Positions 17,368-25,342 of a stretch of 64,000 nt of DNA are shown here, piece by piece; within the stretch, counting starts at the first letter, position 1; each line of letters opens with the position of its first letter. The position numbers and the translations under genes were made by a program. Source of the stretch: Dehalococcoidia bacterium (GTDB lineage Bacteria; Chloroflexota; Dehalococcoidia; Lucifugimonadales; UBA3495); assembly GCA_965207025.1 (NCBI GenBank), contig OZ242258.1, positions 1,061,699 to 1,125,698 of the forward strand, given 5' to 3'. The notes under the pieces are model-generated. The model was not told the origin of the DNA. It saw nothing but the letters and a program-made list of their open reading frames with translations, and ran no database searches.

Positions 17368-19224
17368 TCACGGCAGCCACTTTTGCCAAAGCAGCGCGGC
17401 GAATACGATGGTCACCATCAGCCCGATGGCGATTGACGTGGTCTGCTCGAAGCGGCGATTCACAGCGTCACGGAAGACCACGCCGTAGCCGTCGTAATAG
17501 ATGATCAGGCCGTAATCATCGTGATATTGATATAGCCGCTTTTCCAGTATTTCGCCGGCCCGTTCGCGGTGCAGGTCCCACACATTGACAATCAGGAAGA
17601 CGATGACGGCCGAGAATAATACGACCAGCATTTCGACCAGGAATCCAATCCATCCCGATACGCCCGGACGAGAGACCAGGCCGAGGAATACGGTGATGCC
17701 GCCGAAGATGATCAGGGCGAAGAGTTCGCCAAAATCGATACCCTGCTGCCGGGAGTGGGCGATAACGTTGAGCAGGGTTTCGGCCTCAGCGAGTTGAGCC
17801 TGGTCGGCGAGGTCAGGGTTAGCAGCCTCAGCGCGGTCCAGGCACTCTTTGATATTGAGGTAGGCAGTTTGCAGTTCTTCCGGGGTAACGGCTTTGTCAA
17901 TATCGATGACGTACTGCCGGACATTCGGATCAACCACATTGTTGCGAGCGAGTAGATCGAGATTCTGGAACAGGGTGTACACGCGGTTGTCTTCGTCCTG
18001 GGTTTGGGTAGATAAGCGGGCCACCCGGAAGGACCGCAACAGGGTGAACACGGTGGCGGACAGTCCCAGTGCGCCGAAATAGGTTTCGCCCGGCCACTGC
18101 CATTCGCCAAAGGGTAGATACCGCAAAAGGTCATCGCGCAGATAGACGAATGCGCCAAAGGCCCACAAAGCCAGCATGAGGGCTTTGTAGTCGAACCGGA
18201 TGTCCGCCTCGGAGTTGATGAGCAGGTTCACGATGACGATGCCCATGATGCCGATGATGAGGTAATCCCAGTTCTGCGGCTCCGCCTGGGAAAGGAAGAA
18301 AAGCCAAGCCAGGCTGAATACCGGAGCAGCAAATGCTAGGGCGTTAACGCCGGCGTGGTGCGCGTCGAGATTGGCTTTGCGCCAGGCCGCGTTGGCAATG
18401 CCGCTGGCGCCACCGCCAACGACCACTGCGATGATGAGAGACCTGGAGTCCATCGCTTCCCCGCTGCTCACGCCGGCCAAGGTGTTGAAAAGGCCGGAGA
18501 CAGCGTTGGCAATAAGGAAGGCGACCAGCAGGCCGAAGAATTCCAGAGATTCATTGCTGATGTTCTGCCTGGTTTCGGCGGGAATGTCATCGGCCAGGTC
18601 GGTTCCCCAGTGGAAGCCGAAGGCATTGCAGGCAGTGGCAATTGCGCCAAGCACGGCGAGGACAACGCCGATGACAACTTCGGCCAGGCCGGTAGTTTCG
18701 ACGTTATCCAAGCCGCCGGCTTGGCCTACGATGATGAAGGCGAAACCGACCAGGCCAAGGGCGAGCAGCAACAAAATTTGAGGGGAAAGGCGATGGTATC
18801 GATCCCGGTGCTGGTACAACCGGTCGTGGATGATGACAATGAATATGGGCCAGGTGCCGAACAGTATGGCGCTGATCGACACGTCCACAAATCGGCTCGA
18901 CCAGGCTAGGAAAGCGAAGTTGAAGTTGGCGGCGATGGAGAGGGCGATCCTGGAGTCTATGGCCCTACCGGCGATAAGCCGCAGGCTGGCGGCGTTGAAC
19001 ACCAACCCAGGATACCGGCGGGCCATAAAAACCAGGCAGCCGAGCACGACGCCCGCGCTCATTGCGGCGTTAAACAGAAAGGGGGTTTTTCCGCCGCCGC
19101 CCCACGAGATAATCAGAGGCAGGGCGGAAAACATCACAACGGCCGCCAGCATATATGCGTTGGCGACGCGGCCGAGTGACGAATCGTAGATGCGTTGCGC
19201 TACCGTGGTGGGGGCGTTTCTCAT
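17368..19224 (-). CDS. Large polytopic membrane protein, N-terminal DMT/EamA-like transporter region plus uncharacterised C-terminal helical/TM module (paralog 1)
   Basis: 618 aa with about 10 N-terminal TM helices, then FRVARL..DEDNR..AHSRQQGIDFGELF..VWDLHRER and a terminal TM. Confidence 0.72.
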   Translation of the reverse strand: MRNAPTTVAQRIYDSSLGRVANAYMLAAVVMFSALPLIISWGGGGKTPFLFNAAMSAGVVLGCLVFMARRYPGLVFNAASLRLIAGRAIDSRIALSIAANFNFAFLAWSSRFVDVSISAILFGTWPIFIVIIHDRLYQHRDRYHRLSPQILLLLALGLVGFAFIIVGQAGGLDNVETTGLAEVVIGVVLAVLGAIATACNAFGFHWGTDLADDIPAETRQNISNESLEFFGLLVAFLIANAVSGLFNTLAGVSSGEAMDSRSLIIAVVVGGGASGIANAAWRKANLDAHHAGVNALAFAAPVFSLAWLFFLSQAEPQNWDYLIIGIMGIVIVNLLINSEADIRFDYKALMLALWAFGAFVYLRDDLLRYLPFGEWQWPGETYFGALGLSATVFTLLRSFRVARLSTQTQDEDNRVYTLFQNLDLLARNNVVDPNVRQYVIDIDKAVTPEELQTAYLNIKECLDRAEAANPDLADQAQLAEAETLLNVIAHSRQQGIDFGELFALIIFGGITVFLGLVSRPGVSGWIGFLVEMLVVLFSAVIVFLIVNVWDLHRERAGEILEKRLYQYHDDYGLIIYYDGYGVVFRDAVNRRFEQTTSIAIGLMVTIVFAALLWQKWLP

Positions 19225-19240
19225 TTGCGCGCTTCCTCGT

Positions 19241-21085
19241 TCAGCCCAGCCACTTGTTCCAGAGCAGCCCGGCGTAGGCCAGGATGATCAGCAATCCAAG
19301 CACCACCGACACGCTCTGCTCAAAACGGCGATTTTTGGGGTCCCGGAAGATCACTCCGTAGTCCCGGCTGTTTTCCCGGTTAGCCAGCACCAGGTCGGCC
19401 CGCTCCCGGTGCAAATCCCACACGTTGATAATCAGGAATACCACCACCGCCGAGAACAACACGCTGAACACCTCATAGAGGAACGCTACCCATCCGTCCA
19501 CTGCGGGACGGGACAGCATGGCCAGCGCTATGGTGCTGCCGCCGAATATGATCAGCGAAAACAGCTCGCCGAAATCCACGCCCTGCTGACGGGAATGAGC
19601 CACCATGTTCAACTGGGTCTCGGCATCAGCCAGGAGCTTGCGGTCGGCGGACGGATGGTCAACGGCGGCAGCTTGGGCAAAGCAGAGCTTGGCCTGGGTG
19701 TAGGCGGCCCGGAGTTCCTCGGGGTTGTGGGCGCTGTCGATGCCGCGGATGTGCTCGCTAACGCTGCCGTCAATCAGGTTGCGGCGGGCCAGCATTTCCA
19801 GATTGCGGTGCAGGGCGAAGATACGATTGTCCTCGCTTTGAGTGCGTGGGCCGAGGCGAGCCACCCGGAAGGTAAGCAGCAGGATGAAAACCGTGGCCGA
19901 CAGCCCCAGCGCGCCCAGGTAGGTTTCCCGGGGCCACAGCCAATCGTCGAAGGGAAGGTAATGCAAAACGTCGTCGCGCAGATAGACGAAGGCGCCGCAT
20001 CCCCATAAGGCCAGAATGAGCGCTTTGAAGCCGAAACGGACCTCGGCCTCGAAGTTGATAAGGAGGTTGGCCGAGATGATAGCGGCAGCGCCGATAACCA
20101 GGTAATCAACTTGCGCTTCCACCGTCGAAAACAGGAACAGCCATATCAAGCTGAAGATAGGTGTAGCATACGATAGTGCATTTATGCCCAGATTACTGGT
20201 GACCATATTGGCTGCTCGCCAGGAAATGCTGGCTGGAGCCATGGCCAGTGCGCCACTAACCACCGCAATAGCGAATGACCTCATAGAGATAGTTTCTGCC
20301 ATTGCGAGACCAACACCGCCATTCAGCAATATCCCCGCAAAGCTAGCTATACAGAATGCGATTAATGAGCAGCAAACTTCCATCAAAGCAGGACTTCTAT
20401 CACCCACGGCTTTTTCAGGCAGAGCCTCACTCAAATCCGTTCCCCATTTGAACCCGAACGCAGGAAGTGCTGCTACCAGTATAGTAGTTATTATTATTAC
20501 CAGACCAATTACGGTGTCGATAAACCTGGAGTCATCCCAATTGCCAAAGTCGCTAGTTTGGCTCGCAGTCACGAACGCAAAGCCGACGAATCCCATGATC
20601 AAGAGCCATATCATACTGGAAGTAATCTTACGATAGCGTTCTTGATCTCGATACAATATAGCAGTCAGGACTATCAAAAAAATTGGCCAAGTTTCGAATA
20701 GCGTAGCGGATACGGAGACGTCCAGATAACGGATTGACAAAGCGAACAGACCGTACACAAACTGGTTCACGACTACGAGGAACAGTGACCAAGAGAGCAA
20801 GCGGTGTATTATTAGCGATATCACCGCTCTACTACGCAAAACCGGCCCAAAAACCACTAAGAGAAAGATGATACTGCCTATCCCAGTTCCCAAACTCAAC
20901 CCGGCGGTGAACAAGAACGGGCTTTCCTTACCTCCACCATTAGCAACCAGTAAAGGAAGCAACGAGAAGCCGATGACAGCCATCAACATATAGGCTGTCC
21001 CTGCTATGTTTCGGTCCGCTCTGTGAACCAGTTCGATAGCCATGATGCTGAATTGTAGCGCGGTGAGGATTCCGTGCCTTGCCAC
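19241..21085 (-). CDS. Large polytopic membrane protein (paralog 2 of 17368..19224)
   Basis: 614 aa, alignable over its full length with paralog 1 (AHSRQQGVDFGELF, VWDLHRER, RNRRFEQ). Only 16 nt from paralog 1. Confidence 0.72.
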   Translation of the reverse strand: MARHGILTALQFSIMAIELVHRADRNIAGTAYMLMAVIGFSLLPLLVANGGGKESPFLFTAGLSLGTGIGSIIFLLVVFGPVLRSRAVISLIIHRLLSWSLFLVVVNQFVYGLFALSIRYLDVSVSATLFETWPIFLIVLTAILYRDQERYRKITSSMIWLLIMGFVGFAFVTASQTSDFGNWDDSRFIDTVIGLVIIITTILVAALPAFGFKWGTDLSEALPEKAVGDRSPALMEVCCSLIAFCIASFAGILLNGGVGLAMAETISMRSFAIAVVSGALAMAPASISWRAANMVTSNLGINALSYATPIFSLIWLFLFSTVEAQVDYLVIGAAAIISANLLINFEAEVRFGFKALILALWGCGAFVYLRDDVLHYLPFDDWLWPRETYLGALGLSATVFILLLTFRVARLGPRTQSEDNRIFALHRNLEMLARRNLIDGSVSEHIRGIDSAHNPEELRAAYTQAKLCFAQAAAVDHPSADRKLLADAETQLNMVAHSRQQGVDFGELFSLIIFGGSTIALAMLSRPAVDGWVAFLYEVFSVLFSAVVVFLIINVWDLHRERADLVLANRENSRDYGVIFRDPKNRRFEQSVSVVLGLLIILAYAGLLWNKWLG

Positions 21086-21142
21086 TCGCGTGGGCGGTGA
21101 CTATATTGGGCGGCAATTTCAGTTTGCGTTGAGGGTTGAACG

Positions 21143-21988
21143 ATGGCTTTTGCGGAAATTAATGGCTACCGGATGCACTACCAGGTTTTCGGTGATGATG
21201 ACTCACCAACGCTTGCGTTGATTCACGGTGGGCTGGGTGGTGACGATGGCAGCAAGGATACCATCAACCGACAGGCTGAGGCCCTTTCCGCCGCATTTCG
21301 CTGTGTTTTCTACGACCGGAGAGCGTGCGGGCAGTCCGGCGCTCCTGAAAGCGGCTATGACATGCCCAACTGCGCCCGTGATCTGGCGGGCTTGCTGTCG
21401 CATCTGGGAATTGAGGAAGCCCACATCCTGGGTTCGTCGGCGGGCGGTCCCATTGCCATGCAGTTTGCGCTGGATTATCCGGAGATGACCGAATCCCTGA
21501 TGTTGGTCAACACGATGAGCTATTCTCAGGAGGCCCAACGCGAGGTGCGTCGCCAGGAACTGCGTCGGCTCAAGGAACGCATGGCGGCGGAAGGCCGCTC
21601 TGCCGCCGTCGAGCGGGGTCTGTCCGACCGCTTCCCTCAGATGGCAACCGAAGATCCGGCCCGTTTCGCCCGGATCGTCCAGGACAATATCGGTCGTCTC
21701 GATGGCATCGAGGCGACGCACCAAGCGTACATCGACATCGGCGATTCACTGGAAACGCGGTTGTCCGAGTTGAAAATGCCGGTAAGCATCATTCACGGTG
21801 ACGCCGACAGCCGCATACCGGTGGAGTGCGGCGAGGCTCTGCACGCCGGCATTCCCCATTCGCGACTACACGTGATACCCGGTGCGGAGCACGGTCTGAT
21901 GACCAACGATGCGGCGGACGGCACCCGAGAGATAATCCTGGACTTCTTGCAGGCGAGTCGCCGTCTGGGAGTCTCCCAAGCCCAGTGA
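21143..21988 (+). CDS. Alpha/beta hydrolase
   Basis: 281 aa with HGGLGG oxyanion region, GSSAGG nucleophile elbow, and a C-terminal PGAEHG His motif. Confidence 0.85.
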   Translation: MAFAEINGYRMHYQVFGDDDSPTLALIHGGLGGDDGSKDTINRQAEALSAAFRCVFYDRRACGQSGAPESGYDMPNCARDLAGLLSHLGIEEAHILGSSAGGPIAMQFALDYPEMTESLMLVNTMSYSQEAQREVRRQELRRLKERMAAEGRSAAVERGLSDRFPQMATEDPARFARIVQDNIGRLDGIEATHQAYIDIGDSLETRLSELKMPVSIIHGDADSRIPVECGEALHAGIPHSRLHVIPGAEHGLMTNDAADGTREIILDFLQASRRLGVSQAQ

Positions 21989-22044
21989 TCCTTGTTAAAG
22001 GCTCGACCTGTGTATAATCTATCCATCAAGCGAGGAGTGTTGAT

Positions 22045-22452
22045 ATGTCCACCGTTGGAATTGACCACATCGCCATGCCCACCGCTGACGCCGAACGGCT
22101 GATGGCCTTTTACAAGAAGCTGGGGTTTGCCATTAATGATGAAGACGAATGGCGCGCCGGAACTGCCAACATATTCTCCATTCAAATTGGCGAATCGAAG
22201 ATCAATGTGCATCCTGAAGGACATATGGCGGACTACCGGGGGCCGACGGCGGTGCCGGGCTGCACGGATATCTGCTTCGTTTGGGATGGGAGTGTAGAGG
22301 ACTGTCAGCAGATGCTGGCCGACGCCGGCGTTGAAGTGGTGCGAGGGCCGGGGCCGCGCAAGGGGGCCCGGCAGCGCGGTATCCTGCCAGCGGTGAGCCT
22401 CTACGCCCGCGACCCGGACAACAACCTGCTGGAGTGGATGATTTACCAGTAA
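22045..22452 (+). CDS. VOC (glyoxalase/bleomycin resistance/dioxygenase) family protein
   Basis: 135 aa with the IDHIAMPT start and YARDPDNNLLEW end typical of VOC domains. Confidence 0.82.
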   Translation: MSTVGIDHIAMPTADAERLMAFYKKLGFAINDEDEWRAGTANIFSIQIGESKINVHPEGHMADYRGPTAVPGCTDICFVWDGSVEDCQQMLADAGVEVVRGPGPRKGARQRGILPAVSLYARDPDNNLLEWMIYQ

Positions 22453-22461
22453 GTACGGGTG

Positions 22462-22488
22462 CTGGATTCCGGCTTTCGCCGGAATGAC
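22462..22488. repeat. Family B hairpin repeat (CCGG variant)
   Basis: CTGGATTCCGGCTTTCGCCGGAATGAC, 10 nt after the VOC gene stop. Confidence 0.85.
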
Positions 22489-22533
22489 TGAAGAATTGCG
22501 CTGGAATAACAGATAGGGGATAGGAGAACAGAT

Positions 22534-24207
22534 ATGGCGCGAATGCTTGGCAAGCACGCTCTGGCGGAGATGCTGGTAGCAGAGGGAGTGGAGTACATTT
22601 TCGGAAATCCCGGCACCAGCGAAACTCCGTTCCTCGACGGGTTGCAGGATTACCCGCAGTTGCAATACGTCCAGGCATTGCAGGAGGGCACTGCGGTTGG
22701 TATGGCGGACGGCTATGCCCGCGCCACCGGCAAACCGGCGTTCGCTAATATCCACATCGCGGGCGGGTTGGCCAACGGAATCAGCGGCCTGTACAACGCC
22801 TTTCGGGGCGGGACTCCGCTGGTTTTGACGGCCGGCAATTCCGACACCCGTATGCTGATTAGTGAGCCGGTGCTGTCGGGCGACCTGGTGGAGATGACCG
22901 AGCAGTACACCAAGTGGAGCGTGGAAGTCCGGCACGCTTCCGACATACCGGTCGCCATCCGCCGCGCGTTCAAAGAGGCCAAGACGCCGCCCACGGGTCC
23001 CGTCTTCGTATCCTTCCCATGGAACACGCTGGACGAAGAGATCGAGTTCGACGCCGTTGCGTCCTCCGTGGGCTATTTCCGCATCCGCCCTGATGCCAAC
23101 GCCGTGGCCAGAGCCACCGAGCTGCTGGCATCTGCCGAGAATCCGGTGATCGTCGTGGGCGACCGGGTGGCGCAGGCCGGCGCGGTGGAACAGGTGGTGC
23201 GCGTCGCCGAGCAGACCGGCGCCAGGGTGGTTGCTACATCCTACTCCGAGGTGAATTTCCCGACTGCTCACCCGCAATGGGGCGGGATGCTGAACCTGAA
23301 CAGCGCGGCGACGGCTCGGCAGTTTGAAAACGCCGATGTGGTGCTGGCGGTGGGCACCGACGTGTTCGCGTCTTTCCTGTATGTAGATGTGCCGTTCCTG
23401 AAGCCTGACGTCCGCCTGATCCACATGGACAGCAACTATTGGGAGATCGAGAAGAGCTATCCCACCGAAGTAGGTATCCTCGCCGACCCGGCCGCCGGCA
23501 TGGCCGACTTGGCTGAATCGCTGGATGGCGGCATGACGGGCAGCCAACGGGAAGCGGCCGCTACCCGGGCCGCAACGCTGGCCGCCGCACGGCAGCGCGA
23601 CGCCGAACGTTACCAGGAACGTATCAAGGCTAGCTGGGACAACCGGCCCATGCCCGTCGAGCGGATGATGCACGAGCTGGCAGACGCCGTGCCGCCCGAT
23701 ACCATCATTGCCGACGAAGCAGTAACGTCGCGTCCTGCCCTGAACCGGGCGTTTGATTTCGAGAATCCGGGCGACATCTACGGCATTCGCGGCGGCGCGT
23801 TGGGCTGGGCGATGCCGGGGGCACTGGGTGTCAAGCTGGCCCATCCCGACCGGCCGGTGTTGGCTGTGGTGGGGGATGGGGCTTCGATGTACACGGTGCA
23901 GGCTCTGTGGACCGCCAGCCGGTACAACATACCGGTAGTGTACGCCATCTGTAACAACCAAGCCTATCGCATCCTGAAGGTGAACATGGAAGTGTACCTG
24001 CGGGACATGCTGGACGACCGAGAACGCGACAGCGATTACGTGGGCATGGACTTCGCCAACCGGTTGGATCTTGCGATGATGGCGCAGGCCATGGGGGTCC
24101 ACGGCGAGCGGGTGGACGACCCTGCGGATATTGGGCCGGCGATTCAGCGGGCCTTTCAGAGCGGGAGGCCGGCGCTGCTGGATATTTCAATCAGCGGGGC
24201 GTTGTGA
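22534..24207 (+). CDS. Thiamine-diphosphate enzyme, benzoylformate decarboxylase/acetolactate synthase-like
   Basis: 557 aa with GNPGTSE, GMADGYARATGKP and VVGDGASMYTVQALWTASRYNIPVVYAICNN (GDG..NN TPP motif). Confidence 0.88.
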   Translation: MARMLGKHALAEMLVAEGVEYIFGNPGTSETPFLDGLQDYPQLQYVQALQEGTAVGMADGYARATGKPAFANIHIAGGLANGISGLYNAFRGGTPLVLTAGNSDTRMLISEPVLSGDLVEMTEQYTKWSVEVRHASDIPVAIRRAFKEAKTPPTGPVFVSFPWNTLDEEIEFDAVASSVGYFRIRPDANAVARATELLASAENPVIVVGDRVAQAGAVEQVVRVAEQTGARVVATSYSEVNFPTAHPQWGGMLNLNSAATARQFENADVVLAVGTDVFASFLYVDVPFLKPDVRLIHMDSNYWEIEKSYPTEVGILADPAAGMADLAESLDGGMTGSQREAAATRAATLAAARQRDAERYQERIKASWDNRPMPVERMMHELADAVPPDTIIADEAVTSRPALNRAFDFENPGDIYGIRGGALGWAMPGALGVKLAHPDRPVLAVVGDGASMYTVQALWTASRYNIPVVYAICNNQAYRILKVNMEVYLRDMLDDRERDSDYVGMDFANRLDLAMMAQAMGVHGERVDDPADIGPAIQRAFQSGRPALLDISISGAL

Positions 24208-24234
24208 GGCACAGACGTTTGCTTGATTAAGGAC

Positions 24235-24257
24235 GGGGCGGGTCTCAGATCCGCCCC
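24235..24257. terminator. Family D GC-hairpin (GGGGCGG..CCGCCCC) between convergent genes
   Basis: GGGGCGGGT-CTCAG-ATCCGCCCC lies between the stops at 24207 (+) and 24285 (-). Confidence 0.55.
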
Positions 24258-24284
24258 TAAAATCTTCGGCAAGCTCGCAACATC

Positions 24285-24767
24285 TTATCCCTCGGGTCGC
24301 TCGGCCATCGCCAGCACCTCGGCCCACTCCCCCAGCGTTACGGGCTGGATGGACAGGCGCTGGCCGCGCTTGGTGACGAGCATTTCCGAGAGGGCGGGGT
24401 TGGCTTTGAGCTCGTTGAGGCTGATGAAGCGGGGCAGCCGGCGTTCGGCCTTGATGTCCACCATCATCCAGGTTGGGTTGGCGGAATTGGATTTTGGATC
24501 GTAATAGCGGGAGTCAGGGTTCCAGGCCGAATCGTCGGGGTAGCCTTCGCGGACGATGCGCGCCGTTCCGATAACTCCGGGCGGCTTGGCGTTGCTGTGG
24601 TAGAACAGGACGTAGTCGCCCACTTTCATGTCGTCCCGCATGAAGTTGCGGGCCTGGTAGTTGCGCACACCATCCCATTCGGCGGTCTGGTCGTCCTCGG
24701 ACTCCAGATCGTCGTAGGAGTAGGAGGAAGGTTCAGATTTGAACAGCCAATAGCGTGGTTCTGGCAT
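24285..24767 (-). CDS. EVE (PUA-like) domain protein
   Basis: YWLFKSEPSSYSYDDL..WDGVRNYQARNFMRDDMKVGDYVLFYHSN is the classic EVE domain signature. Confidence 0.85.
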   Translation of the reverse strand: MPEPRYWLFKSEPSSYSYDDLESEDDQTAEWDGVRNYQARNFMRDDMKVGDYVLFYHSNAKPPGVIGTARIVREGYPDDSAWNPDSRYYDPKSNSANPTWMMVDIKAERRLPRFISLNELKANPALSEMLVTKRGQRLSIQPVTLGEWAEVLAMAERPEG

Positions 24768-24803
24768 GGGGTCAACTCCGTGGCCGTGGATTTGCTAGTC
24801 GTC

Positions 24804-24823
24804 ACTCCGACGAAAGTCGGAGT
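24804..24823. repeat. Short hairpin repeat ACTCCGAC-GAAA-GTCGGAGT
   Basis: Perfect 8-bp stem with a GAAA loop, adjacent to a family B copy. Confidence 0.6.
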
Positions 24824-24836
24824 CCAGTGGAGTTTT

Positions 24837-24903
24837 CTGGATTCCGGCTTTCGCCGGAATGACGGTGGGGATCCGGAATGACGGTGAGGATAAGGAATGA
24901 CGG
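24837..24903. repeat. Family B hairpin repeat followed by two degenerate 19-nt tandem tails (..GGAATGACGG x3)
   Basis: CTGGATTCCGGCTTTCGCCGGAATGACGG at 24837..24865, then TGGGGATCCGGAATGACGG and TGAGGATAAGGAATGACGG. Confidence 0.85.
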
Positions 24904-24949
24904 TGGGAGCGAGGAGTGGTGGTCAGGCGCAGGGAATACGGCTATGACG

Positions 24950-25294
24950 TTAAACGGCGTCGGCGCCGTGTTCGCCGGTGCGGATGCGGATGGCGTCGGA
25001 CACCGGGTGGAGAAAAATCTTGCCGTCGCCGGGGTTGCCGGTAATTGCGTTGGTGCGAATTACGTCCACCGCTTTGTCCACGTCGGGGTCGTTCACCACA
25101 ACTTCCAGCTTGACCTTGGGCAGCATGTCGATGTGGTAGGTGCCGAGGCCGCGCGCGGCTGTGACTTCCACACCGCCCTGGGCTCCGCGCCCGGTGACCT
25201 GCGTGACGGTTAGGCCGATGATGCCGGCGTCGCTCAATGCGTCCTTGACGTTATTCAGAAGTTCCGGGCGAAAGATCGCCTCAATCTTGATCAT
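24950..25294 (-). CDS. P-II family signal-transduction protein with divergent T-loop
   Basis: MIKIEAIFRP... and TGNPGDGKIF (B-loop) are conserved. The T-loop region reads GRGAQGGVEVTAARGLGTYHIDMLPK. Confidence 0.82.
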   Translation of the reverse strand: MIKIEAIFRPELLNNVKDALSDAGIIGLTVTQVTGRGAQGGVEVTAARGLGTYHIDMLPKVKLEVVVNDPDVDKAVDVIRTNAITGNPGDGKIFLHPVSDAIRIRTGEHGADAV

Positions 25295-25342
25295 CGAGTA
25301 TCTCCCATTGCGGCTGGGTGATTAAGTTTATGTATATTCTAG

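Noticed and set aside
21793-24102. 769-aa minus-strand ORF, the longest in the track
   Set aside because: It is antisense to three well-supported plus-strand genes (alpha/beta hydrolase end, VOC, TPP enzyme). Its composition is Arg/Gly/His/Val/Pro-rich with no motifs. It is a typical shadow ORF of a GC-rich genome.
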